Shown piece by piece: positions 24,407 through 32,000 of a DNA stretch of 32,000 bases. Source of the stretch: Erysipelotrichaceae bacterium (GTDB lineage: Bacteria; Bacillota_I; Bacilli_A; Erysipelotrichales; Erysipelotrichaceae); contig OY781039.1 of assembly GCA_963676105.1 (NCBI GenBank), positions 1,050,001-1,082,000 of the forward strand, given 5' to 3'. The first letter of the stretch is position 1. Each line of letters begins with the position of its first letter. The position numbers were made by a program, and so were the translations under genes. The notes below the pieces were generated by a model. It did not search any database, had not been told where the DNA came from, and saw only the letters and a program-made list of their open reading frames with translations.

Positions 24407-24892
24407 ATGACTATTCAAATTGAAGTACTATCTAAATTAAACACAGGCGATGCAGGACGAATGATTACAATGCATGCGGAAATTTACAAGTCAGAAGAAA
24501 ACTATGGTTCAGTATTTGAGGGTTATGTTTGTAAAACACTCTATGAAGTATTGGTATATCCATCTAAAAACGATAAGTACTTCATCGCAAAGGACAGAGA
24601 TCAAATTGTTGGGACCATCGCTATCATCGATAAAGATGAAGGTTTATGTCAATTAAGATGGTTATTGGTTGATCCAGATTATCGGGGTAATGGATTAGGA
24701 CAGAATTTAGTGAATCAAGCCATGGAATATGCCTCAAAACATTTTAATAAAATCTTTCTAGAGTCAACCCATACTCAAACTAAAGCTGTTAAACTCTATA
24801 AAAAATTGGGATTTGTGGAAGTATCCCAATACGAAATTAAGGATTGGGGTGTTCCATTAACAGGCATTGTGATGGAAAAAACATTTAAATAA
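24407..24892 (+). CDS. GNAT-family N-acetyltransferase
   Basis: Acetyl-CoA binding motif RWLLVDPDYRGNGLGQNLV is present. I prefer ATG 24407, preceded by GGAG at 8 nt, over the TTG at 24395. Confidence 0.8.
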   Translation: MTIQIEVLSKLNTGDAGRMITMHAEIYKSEENYGSVFEGYVCKTLYEVLVYPSKNDKYFIAKDRDQIVGTIAIIDKDEGLCQLRWLLVDPDYRGNGLGQNLVNQAMEYASKHFNKIFLESTHTQTKAVKLYKKLGFVEVSQYEIKDWGVPLTGIVMEKTFK

Positions 24893-25028
24893 ACCAAAGA
24901 TAATGTATAAATAAATCGATTATTATATATCCTATAAGGGTATTTTATTTATTTTCACAAAAACACTATACAAGCACTATAAATATTCGTATACTATCAC
25001 TACCTATTAAGTAGATAGGGAGAATAAA

Positions 25029-25589
25029 ATGAATCGAAAACTTTTATCTATTATTACTTTTAGCTTCGTATCAATAGCTATCATCAGTTATCAACTATTA
25101 AGCCAATTCAATACACAAACAGTCTTAGAAAAATATGATCTAGACTCTATGTCTGTCATTGAAATGGTGAATGCTTTAGATGAAAGAGTAGATGAACCCT
25201 CATCTTTAACGGCTTCTATTACACCTAATACATTAGTTTTATATGATAATGGAGAACAATTTAATTTTGATTTGCCTGACGACCAATTCTACGTTTCCTT
25301 TGCGCCATACATCAATTCTACTCACCCATGTGGACAACATAATTTAGTTTCTTGCCGTGGTGAACTTAAGAATGAAACATTCCATGTGATAATTACAAAA
25401 GTTGATGGCACAGTCATTATTGATGATTATCTAACAAGTATGGACTCAGGATTTATTGGTTTATGGTTACCAAAAGATATTGAAGGTACAATAAACATTG
25501 AATACAATGATTTATCAGTTGAATCATCAATCTTCACCTTTGATCAAAGCGATACCTGTATCACTACCCCACTACAACTTAAAGCCTAA
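25029..25589 (+). CDS. CueP-like metal-binding protein (exported or membrane-anchored)
   Basis: 186-aa ORF with an N-terminal hydrophobic anchor. The strings FYVSFAPYINSTHPCGQHNLVSCRGEL and TFDQSDTCITTPLQL resemble my memory of the CueP family Cys/His pattern. SD GGGAG lies upstream. Confidence 0.55.
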   Translation: MNRKLLSIITFSFVSIAIISYQLLSQFNTQTVLEKYDLDSMSVIEMVNALDERVDEPSSLTASITPNTLVLYDNGEQFNFDLPDDQFYVSFAPYINSTHPCGQHNLVSCRGELKNETFHVIITKVDGTVIIDDYLTSMDSGFIGLWLPKDIEGTINIEYNDLSVESSIFTFDQSDTCITTPLQLKA

Positions 25590-25591
25590 AG

Positions 25592-25615
25592 AAAACGAGC
25601 ATCGCTCGTTTTTTA
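25592..25615. terminator. Terminator between the convergent CueP-like and AEC genes
   Basis: AAACGAGC-ATC-GCTCGTTT followed by TTTT on the plus strand, with a short A-run on the other side. Confidence 0.65.
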
Positions 25616-25619
25616 AATC

Positions 25620-26516
25620 TCAAGTTATCGAAAATATAAGCATGTAAATGGGTATGGTAATAAATGATAGTATCGTGGATAAATAAGTTCCTTTTACCGC
25701 AAGTTCCTTATTCCCATCATAGAGTATACAAAACATTGTCACATTACTTGCGACAGGTAAACTCGAAAGGATAACACTTGTACCTAAAATAATTGGATCA
25801 CTTACAAACCAACGTAGGATAAACCAAATTATAGCTGGAAAAATGACCAATTTAAATAAAGCAAAGACGTATAATACTTTTTCCTTAACAACATCGCGAA
25901 TATGAACATAGGTTAATGTTGAACCTAAAGTAATCATGGCAAGTGGTGATGTGATAGATCCTACTTTACCAAGCAATTCACTTAAAACAGATGGGATTGA
26001 AATGGATCCTAAGAATATGATAATTGCGATTAGTGCAGATATTATGCCAGGGTTTAATAGTTTTTTAAGTTCAAATTTTTCATTTTCTGAAACAATTGTG
26101 ACGCCATAAGAAAAGATAGAAAAATTAAACACAATCATAAACAAAGATGCATAGAAGACACCAATTGGTCCATACAGTGCTGCCATAATCGGCATTCCCA
26201 TAAAACCGAGGTTTGGATACGTAAACATCATTCGATAGATGCGATCTAATTTAAGTGTTTTCTGAAAGATTGTTGCCATAATTGGTACCAGAATAAAAAT
26301 AAATGTCGCAATAAACAAGATAATAATAGCCTTCATTTTATCATCTGTTTCAATGCCAATTGCTGAAGATATGATGGCTGCAGGCAAGGTAACTTTTAAT
26401 AAGAAATTTGAAAAATACTTATCTGAAACTGTATCCAAAACATGTGCTTTATTCGCCACATAACCTACAACGATATAGCCTAATAATATTAATAATTGTC
26501 CAATGATTTGATCCAT
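25620..26516 (-). CDS. AEC-family transporter (auxin efflux carrier / malate permease-like)
   Basis: 298-aa polytopic ORF. The N-terminus MDQIIGQLLILLGYIVVGYVANK and the overall size and topology are typical of AEC family permeases. Confidence 0.8.
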   Translation of the reverse strand: MDQIIGQLLILLGYIVVGYVANKAHVLDTVSDKYFSNFLLKVTLPAAIISSAIGIETDDKMKAIIILFIATFIFILVPIMATIFQKTLKLDRIYRMMFTYPNLGFMGMPIMAALYGPIGVFYASLFMIVFNFSIFSYGVTIVSENEKFELKKLLNPGIISALIAIIIFLGSISIPSVLSELLGKVGSITSPLAMITLGSTLTYVHIRDVVKEKVLYVFALFKLVIFPAIIWFILRWFVSDPIILGTSVILSSLPVASNVTMFCILYDGNKELAVKGTYLSTILSFITIPIYMLIFSIT

Positions 26517-26585
26517 ACACTCTACACTCTTTACACTTTCAAGTTCTTATTATACTGATAATAAAATATTTTTCCCATTTCTTGT

Positions 26586-26610
26586 AAAGAAAAGGCTGTT
26601 TTCACAGCCC
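26586..26610 (-). terminator. Intrinsic terminator of the cyclase-DUF871 unit
   Basis: The minus strand reads GGCTGT-GAAA-ACAGCC followed by TTTTCTTT. Confidence 0.65.
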
Positions 26611-26618
26611 CTAGTCTA

Positions 26619-27788
26619 TTATTTTTCCAAGAATTGAACTAGATCCATATCATTGACTAATTCAAAGACTTCCATTTCCTCTTCTGATATGTGACCAATT
26701 AAATTACGTGTTCCATCATTCTCCATTGGAAGTAGTACTACCTGAATTTCAGATGAGTAATGTTCATATTCGTTATTCACCATTACCACATCACCTCTCA
26801 CAAATTCTTTTTGAGATACTTTTCGTTGAGGAACTTTCCCATGAAAGAAGAAACGAGGAAGTCGATTACGCCAAATCCATTCACTACTATCTCCCATATC
26901 TATATGAGGGAAGAAATTTAAAAGGATATCTTTTTCGGTATCGCTAATAGCTTTATCTAAATTGACTCTGACCTTTTTCACATCAGGCATCTCTTGTTTT
27001 TTAAAGAACTCTTCAAACGGAAGTTTTTCTAAATAATTCGTTTTTGGTTTAAGTTTTTTAATCGCTTCTTTAATTGCTTTAAATTCTTCATCACTCGCAA
27101 ACGCATTCCCAATCATGATTTCATCAATAACTTCTGTAGCCAACATCAATCTGACTTGTAAATCTATTGAATACCTTCTCATTCTTTCAACGGTTGGTAA
27201 GCCATTTATGGCACCATAGACACCATGTGTGTTTTCTGCGTGTGAACTCACAAAGGCACCCACTTTGATTCCTGTTTCCTTAAAAGCTTTAGAAACCTTT
27301 AAGAACTTATCCCATTTCATACCCGTATAAGGTTGCGGATAGAAGTTATGGCTAACTAAGATATTCTCTTTATTTGCGCCATTTTCAATCAGTTCTTTAA
27401 TATAACTTGGTTTTAAGGCAGAAGCATTAAATTCTAATTGAATGCCTTCTTTATTATTAATCAGTTTTGTATCACCTTCTAGTCCATAAGACATATCCAT
27501 ACGTAAGATATCAATCCCAATGGTTTTAAAAATTGAGATATCATCAGGTGTGCATTTAAGTCTTTCAAATAGTTCTGGATTTACATCCACACTCATCAAC
27601 ATGTTTAATTCATGACATTTAGTACTAAGTTCAGTAAACATGCTTATGACATTTTCAATAGTATCTTCTACACTAAACATACTTGAGAAGACACGTTTAA
27701 AGTCTGCTTGGCTTGCCTTCTCCATATAGGTGTAGATATCGTCCATACTTGCGATATCTGGATAAATCGATATTCCTAGTCTTGGCAT
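26619..27788 (-). CDS. DUF871 family protein (MupG-like 6-phospho-glycosidase)
   Basis: 389-aa ORF starting MPRLGISIYPD, the typical DUF871 N-terminus. It looks like a TIM-barrel-sized N-domain plus a C-terminal beta domain. SD AAGGAG lies upstream, 12 nt after the cyclase stop. Confidence 0.65.
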   Translation of the reverse strand: MPRLGISIYPDIASMDDIYTYMEKASQADFKRVFSSMFSVEDTIENVISMFTELSTKCHELNMLMSVDVNPELFERLKCTPDDISIFKTIGIDILRMDMSYGLEGDTKLINNKEGIQLEFNASALKPSYIKELIENGANKENILVSHNFYPQPYTGMKWDKFLKVSKAFKETGIKVGAFVSSHAENTHGVYGAINGLPTVERMRRYSIDLQVRLMLATEVIDEIMIGNAFASDEEFKAIKEAIKKLKPKTNYLEKLPFEEFFKKQEMPDVKKVRVNLDKAISDTEKDILLNFFPHIDMGDSSEWIWRNRLPRFFFHGKVPQRKVSQKEFVRGDVVMVNNEYEHYSSEIQVVLLPMENDGTRNLIGHISEEEMEVFELVNDMDLVQFLEK

Positions 27789-27800
27789 TATGTTTCTCCT

Positions 27801-29396
27801 TTAAATCATTTGAACTTGATTTCGACCATTATTTTTAGCTTTATATAAAGCTTTATCACTACGAATCATGAGTGTTGAGGCAGTATCATTATCATTTACC
27901 TTAGTAACACCTAAACTAACCGTGTATTTAATTGAATAAGCATCGATGTTTAAAGCTTGTGACTCAATTAATTCACGAATACGATTGGCCACTCTTAATG
28001 CGATTTTTTCAGTGCTATTTGGTAAAACAATCGCAAACTCTTCACCGCCAATACGACCAAAGACATCATCTGCTCGGATACAAGCTTGCGCATGAGACGT
28101 AAAGTGTCTTAATACTTCATCACCTACCGCATGCCCATACTCATCATTAACATTTTTAAATAAATCAAGATCCATCATAATCATATGACAGGTCTGTTGA
28201 GATTTTTTATGATGATATAGAATGTTGTCTAATTCTCGCAAGAAACTACGACGATTTAAGATATGGGTTAACGTGTCATAGGTTGCGAGATGATAAAGAT
28301 TCTGTTTATAAGAACTTTGGTCTAAGAAAAGAAGTAATAGATCCATTAAATTCTGTAATCCTAATTGATCAAGATTTGAATACAAACGATGTGAGTGTTT
28401 ACTGATTAAAACAAGTTCTAAAGCTAATGATTCATTGACTTTAGATATTAAACGCAGCACATCACTTGCTTGTAGTATTTCAAGTCGATCACGTTTATCT
28501 TTCGATAAACTATAGCGACTACAACGCTCTACATTTCTGACATCACTTGGAAAATATTTTAGTTGTTCTTTGATGTTCTTATCAAAGTCTTTATCTTGCT
28601 TATTTAATGAAGAGGTATAGCTTTCTGCCTTCCCTTGTCCTCGATGATTTAAAATGAGGACATAATCTAATTTAAAGAAGTCCTTTATTTCATTTAAAGT
28701 ATATTCAAAAACAGAATCAATGGTTTCATCAGTGGATAATAAACGATGCGAAATTACCGTGAGTTTTTGTTCAAAGCGCATGCGTCTTTCAAGCACAATA
28801 TAAACAATCACTAAGAAGATAATAATTAAAATAAATACAGAAAATATGATGAGCAAATTAAAGTTAAGTGTATCTTCAAGTTGTTCATATCTTGCATTAT
28901 GCGTTGAATTAATATCTTCGATTAATTCATTAAGCACTAAAGCATACATTTCTTTATACTGACTATATTCTTGGCTAAGTAGTATTCGAATCGCTTCACT
29001 ATTATGATATTTAGAACTTAAATCAAAAGCTTGAAGTTCCAAATCAACTAATAATATATTCGCTTCATCAATACGATCAATGTAGGATTGATAATTTGGA
29101 TCAAAATCAACAACCTCATCAAAAGCTTCTTCTAATAAAATAAGTGTTTCATCATAAATGACTTGATGGGATGAATCAGAATCAATCGCATAAAGTTTAG
29201 CTTCAGTGGTTAAGATGACATCATAGGTTTGAATATTATAGGCTGTTTCAAGTAAGTTATGAACTTCTTGAGTTCCATTAAAAAACGCTGTGATACTCTG
29301 TTGACTTAAAGACAAAGCAATCGCAAGTAGACTCAATAATGTCAACATTAAGACAAAAGGTCTTCGTTGTGTATTATTTTGATTTTTAACACCCAT
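27801..29396 (-). CDS. Membrane-bound sensor diguanylate cyclase (2 TM + extracytoplasmic domain + GAF-like + GGDEF)
   Basis: 531-aa ORF. The active site is GGEEF in RIGGEEFAI, with an RxxD I-site (RADD) 5 residues upstream. Two TM segments bracket a ~150-aa outside domain. Confidence 0.85.
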   Translation of the reverse strand: MGVKNQNNTQRRPFVLMLTLLSLLAIALSLSQQSITAFFNGTQEVHNLLETAYNIQTYDVILTTEAKLYAIDSDSSHQVIYDETLILLEEAFDEVVDFDPNYQSYIDRIDEANILLVDLELQAFDLSSKYHNSEAIRILLSQEYSQYKEMYALVLNELIEDINSTHNARYEQLEDTLNFNLLIIFSVFILIIIFLVIVYIVLERRMRFEQKLTVISHRLLSTDETIDSVFEYTLNEIKDFFKLDYVLILNHRGQGKAESYTSSLNKQDKDFDKNIKEQLKYFPSDVRNVERCSRYSLSKDKRDRLEILQASDVLRLISKVNESLALELVLISKHSHRLYSNLDQLGLQNLMDLLLLFLDQSSYKQNLYHLATYDTLTHILNRRSFLRELDNILYHHKKSQQTCHMIMMDLDLFKNVNDEYGHAVGDEVLRHFTSHAQACIRADDVFGRIGGEEFAIVLPNSTEKIALRVANRIRELIESQALNIDAYSIKYTVSLGVTKVNDNDTASTLMIRSDKALYKAKNNGRNQVQMI

Positions 29397-29470
29397 AACT
29401 ACTTAAATCATATCACTTACACCAAAAGAGTGTGTAAACTAATGGTTTATTCACAAAACGATAAAAACAG

Positions 29471-29498
29471 TAGACAAATAAAAGCTTTATGCTATACT
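29471..29498 (+). promoter_or_regulatory. Candidate sigma-A promoter of the his leader
   Basis: -35 TAGACA (29471-29476), a 16-nt spacer ending in TGC, and -10 TATACT (29493-29498). A 7-bp 5-prime hairpin CTTTACT/AGTAAAG follows at about 29497-29520. Confidence 0.4.
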
Positions 29499-29537
29499 TT
29501 ACTAAGATAAAGCAGTAAAGTGCTAAAGGAGATTGAA

Positions 29538-29609
29538 ATGACAGTTTATTCAACACATACACATCACCATAGTACTCACCATCAAATGATGGTTTTTTGC
29601 GTTATCTAA
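29538..29609 (+). CDS. Histidine-rich leader peptide of the his operon (23 aa)
   Basis: SD AAGGAG (29526-29531) lies 6 nt before the ATG. The peptide is MTVYSTHTHHHSTHHQMMVFCVI, with 6 His in 9 consecutive codons, and a terminator lies downstream. It is too short for the ORF track. Confidence 0.6.
   Translation: MTVYSTHTHHHSTHHQMMVFCVI
29579..29601 (+). promoter_or_regulatory. his attenuator: small hairpin over the last His codons plus antiterminator strand
   Basis: CCAUC(A)/(U)GAUGG (29579-29592) is followed by UUUUUUGCG (29593-29601). The latter can pair over 9 bp (one G-U) with CGCAAGAAA (29644-29652), the 5-prime arm of the terminator. Confidence 0.4.
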
Positions 29610-29642
29610 ATAAGTAATTAAACATTACAAAGATTTAGGGTT

Positions 29643-29667
29643 GCGCAAGAAATTCTTGCGCTTTTTT
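29643..29667 (+). terminator. Intrinsic terminator between the leader peptide and hisG (attenuator terminator)
   Basis: GCGCAAGA (29643-29650), loop AAT, TCTTGCGC (29654-29661), then TTTTTT (29662-29667). It lies about 15 nt before the hisG SD. Confidence 0.7.
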
Positions 29668-29693
29668 ATTAAAATAAACATAGGAGAACTTTT

Positions 29694-30401
29694 ATGAAAA
29701 CCATTACCATTGCACTTCCAAAAGGAAAAAGATTATTAGGATCAGCCTACGCCAAATTTCAAAATGCAGGCATTACATCATCTACTCTAGAAGCTGAGAT
29801 GAAAGATGCGAAAGGTAAAGTTTTAGAATTTAAATCAGATTGTGGAGATTATAACTTTATCTTAGTTAAAGTGGCAGATATACCACAATATATTGATCGT
29901 AACTGGGCAGAACTTGGTGTTGCGGCATTTGATAACTATCGCGAATATGAATTAGAGAATGCAACACTTAAAAATAGTTTACGTGGTGATAACTTTGTCA
30001 CTGATTTATTGCCTAATTTAGAACTATGTCCCCTTTCACGTTTCTGTGTGGCTGGTCTACCTGAAACTTTAGAATTCTATGAATCTTGTAAGAATAGTGA
30101 AGAAAAGATTCTAACGGTCGCAACTTCAAATCCAGCCATTGCGAATCACTACTTTATGTCTAAAGGGATTATTGCCGATATCATCACCATTGGTGGATCG
30201 AGTGAAGTTATGCCTAAATTCAGTAATGTTGATTGTATCTTTGACATTGTGGAAAGTGGCAGAGCTCTTAAAGAAAATGGTTTAATAATCTTTGAAGAAG
30301 CCATGCAAATTAAGACAAAAGTTTTATTTAGTAAAGCTGCTTTAAAATATAGTGAGAAAACACAGAAAGTTTTAGAGGTCATGACAAATGCGCTTCAATA
30401 G
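29694..30401 (+). CDS. hisG: ATP phosphoribosyltransferase, short (HisZ-dependent-type) form
   Basis: 235-aa ORF with the N-terminus ITIALPKGKRL and the PRPP-loop region DIVESGRALKENGL. It lacks the C-terminal regulatory domain of long HisG. SD AGGAGA lies upstream. Confidence 0.88.
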   Translation: MKTITIALPKGKRLLGSAYAKFQNAGITSSTLEAEMKDAKGKVLEFKSDCGDYNFILVKVADIPQYIDRNWAELGVAAFDNYREYELENATLKNSLRGDNFVTDLLPNLELCPLSRFCVAGLPETLEFYESCKNSEEKILTVATSNPAIANHYFMSKGIIADIITIGGSSEVMPKFSNVDCIFDIVESGRALKENGLIIFEEAMQIKTKVLFSKAALKYSEKTQKVLEVMTNALQ

Positions 30402-31599
30402 AGAACTCAAAGAAAGAACACTTGAAACGAATTTAAAAGTGGAAAATATTGTTCGAGATATTATTCAAGATGTACGTTTAAATGGTGATGATGCCATTCT
30501 TAAATACAATAAGAAATTTGATAACTATGAAGGTCCATTTGTGATTCAAAACAATGTAGAAGAAGAAGTAGATTTCATGCGTATCTTAGAGCGTGCAAAG
30601 TTTCAAATTACAGAGTTCCACAAAAACCAAATTGGTGAAGGTTTTGAACTTAGAAAAAGTGATGGCGTTATCATGGGTCAATTTATTCGACCACTTAAAA
30701 GAGTCGCCGTCTATGTTCCTGGTGGAAAAGCTTCCTATCCTTCTTCTGTTTTAATGAATGTCATTCCAGCACAACTCGCTGGTGTTAAAGAAATCGCCTT
30801 ATTTACACCTGATCCTTCAAAAGAAGTCTTAATGGCATGTAAAGTATTAGGAATTGAAAACATTTATAAAATTGGTGGTGCTCAAGCAATAGCCGCCATG
30901 GCTTATGGAACACAAAGTATTGAGAAATTCGATAAAATTGTGGGACCAGGAAATATGTATGTCGCAACCGCTAAGAAACAAGTATATGGGGATGTTGACA
31001 TTGATATGGTGGCTGGACCATCTGAAGTCTTAGTGATTGCGGATGAGAATGCGAATCCAGCTTATATTGCAGCTGACTTAATGTCTCAAGCAGAGCATGA
31101 TGAAATGGCAAAGTCTATTCTTATTACGACTTCAAAAGATATTATTCAACAAACAGAAGTAGAAATTGAAAAACAAATTCAAAGTCTATCCAAAAAAGAC
31201 ATCATTGAGTCAAGTTTAAAACATTATGGTAGTGCACTACTTGTCGATAGTATTGAGGAAGCGATTAATATTTCGAATGAAATCGCACCCGAACACTTAG
31301 AGTTATTAGTAGATGAACCATTTAAATATCTAGATTTAGTCGATAATGCAGGTTCAATCTTCCTAGGTAAAAACTCACCAGAACCTTTAGGGGATTATAT
31401 GTCTGGAACAAACCATGTACTCCCAACTTCTGGTACCGCTAAATTCTATTCACCTTTAGGGGTTTATGATTTTATTAAATACAGTTCATATTCTTATTAT
31501 CCAAAAGAAGTTCTAGAAACATTTAAAAATGATGTGATAGAGTTTGCCAATAGAGAGGGACTATCAGCTCACGCAAATAGTTTAAAGGTAAGATTCTAA
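30388..31599 (+). CDS. hisD: Histidinol dehydrogenase
   Basis: 403-aa ORF with YKIGGAQAIAAMAYGT, IVGPGNMYVA, AGPSEVLVIAD, QAEHD and the C-terminal HANS. It overlaps hisG by 14 nt. Confidence 0.92.
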   Translation: MRFNRELKERTLETNLKVENIVRDIIQDVRLNGDDAILKYNKKFDNYEGPFVIQNNVEEEVDFMRILERAKFQITEFHKNQIGEGFELRKSDGVIMGQFIRPLKRVAVYVPGGKASYPSSVLMNVIPAQLAGVKEIALFTPDPSKEVLMACKVLGIENIYKIGGAQAIAAMAYGTQSIEKFDKIVGPGNMYVATAKKQVYGDVDIDMVAGPSEVLVIADENANPAYIAADLMSQAEHDEMAKSILITTSKDIIQQTEVEIEKQIQSLSKKDIIESSLKHYGSALLVDSIEEAINISNEIAPEHLELLVDEPFKYLDLVDNAGSIFLGKNSPEPLGDYMSGTNHVLPTSGTAKFYSPLGVYDFIKYSSYSYYPKEVLETFKNDVIEFANREGLSAHANSLKVRF

Positions 31600-32000
31600 T
31601 GGCCTATGTTGCAGGATTTCAACCTAAGGGTGAAGGATATATTAAACTCAATACAAACGAGAATCCCTACCCTCCAAAAGTAAATCTAGATAGTATTGAC
31701 TTAAGTAAACTAAAACTCTATCCAGATCCTGAAAGTTCAAAATTATCCCAAGCGATTGCAGATAAGTTTGATGTAAAACTTGAAAATGTCTTTGTTGGAA
31801 ATGGAAGCGATGAAGTTATTGCGCTTATCTATGAAACCTTCTTTAGAGATAAGGTCCTTACTCAACCTGATATCTCTTATGGATTTTATCCAGTATGGAC
31901 TGAGTTCTATAATGCGAAAGCAAATTATATTCCTTTAAAAAATTGGACTATTGATTTTAGTGAATATAGTGGTAACTGTATTATTGCCAATCCTAACGCT
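31599..32000 (+). CDS. hisC: Histidinol-phosphate aminotransferase, N-terminal part (runs off the window)
   Basis: ATG 31599-31601 overlaps the hisD stop (TAATG), and the frame stays open to the window end. My translation is MAYVAGFQPKGEGYIKLNTNENPYPP...YPDPESSKL...VFVGNGSDEVI, the typical HisC N-terminus. Confidence 0.85.
   Translation, partial: MAYVAGFQPKGEGYIKLNTNENPYPPKVNLDSIDLSKLKLYPDPESSKLSQAIADKFDVKLENVFVGNGSDEVIALIYETFFRDKVLTQPDISYGFYPVWTEFYNAKANYIPLKNWTIDFSEYSGNCIIANPNA

Noticed and set aside
24893-25028. The direct repeats CACTATA x2 and the CCTAT-N7-ATAGG inverted repeat upstream of the CueP-like gene as a CopY or CsoR operator.
   Set aside because: Neither matches the CopY box (TACAnnTGTA) nor a GC-rich CsoR-type pseudo-palindrome. 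Short AT-rich repeats like these are expected by chance here.
29500-29693. A T-box riboswitch as the regulator of the his operon. The stretch TAGGGTTGCGCAAG next to the terminator vaguely recalls the T-box core.
   Set aside because: There is no room for, and no sign of, a Stem I with a specifier loop or GA/K-turn motif. The conserved T-box 14-mer (AGGGUGGNACCGCG) is not matched. The region is occupied instead by an SD-ATG-stop mini-ORF with a His run. A covariance-model scan would still be needed to close this.
974-30382. Short ORFs from the six-frame track that lie inside longer genes, antisense or out of frame. They are 974-1180, 2076-2315, 2714-2974, 6319-6513, 10791-11015, 11009-11239, 11501-11731, 12062-12298, 13339-13542, 13441-13671, 13756-13965, 22312-22524, 23630-23815, 23855-24124, 24474-24656, 26708-26947 and 30149-30382.
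   Set aside because: Each is fully embedded in a longer ORF that carries recognisable family motifs. Their translations are low-complexity or Leu/Ile/Phe/Lys-rich, as expected from reading AT-rich coding DNA in the wrong frame. None has a convincing SD.
1-32000. Mobile element, prophage, defence island or CRISPR array.
   Set aside because: I saw no integrase, transposase, recombinase, phage structural gene, restriction/modification gene, toxin-antitoxin-like gene or cas-like gene. I also found no regularly spaced repeats and no flanking tRNA or long direct repeats. The XRE regulator is paired with a housekeeping-type maturase rather than phage genes.
1-32000. An alternative (Mollicutes-type, UGA=Trp) genetic code, given the AT-richness and the lipoprotein style.
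   Set aside because: TGA works as a genuine stop (for example at 6978-6980 and 5080-5082). All long ORFs are intact under the standard code, and Trp is encoded by TGG.

Overview
AT-rich (about one-third G+C by eye) chromosomal segment from a low-GC Gram-positive-type bacterium, possibly Erysipelotrichia- or Acholeplasma-like. It uses the standard code (TGA is a stop) and has lipobox lipoproteins. I call 34 protein-coding genes, most on the minus strand. I saw no rRNA, tRNA, CRISPR, transposase, integrase or phage genes, so this looks like metabolic/accessory chromosome rather than a mobile island. Left to right: (1) a secreted hydrolase + CE4 deacetylase lipoprotein pair; (2) two paralogous copies of a translationally coupled tandem GntR/UTRA gene pair, flanking lplA and a spermidine-synthase-like protein; (3) a carbohydrate/sulfatase region with two orphan PTS EIIC genes, two RpiR regulators, a signal-less Cys-type sulfatase, an XRE-anSME unit, plus cysK and a flavodoxin-like gene; (4) a DUF1508 gene and a GT2-GtrA / phosphodiester-glycosidase / small-membrane-protein envelope operon; (5) an MFS transporter, fumC, malic enzyme, GNAT, CueP-like protein and AEC transporter; (6) a diguanylate cyclase co-transcribed with a DUF871 (MupG-like) gene; (7) the start of a his operon (hisG-hisD-hisC) preceded by a His-rich leader peptide and an intrinsic terminator. 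The three leads I rate highest are the his leader-peptide attenuator, the orphan-EIIC/cytoplasmic-sulfatase/anSME locus, and the duplicated GntR A+B pair module. All product calls rest on motif recognition by eye. No database search or RNA folding was run.
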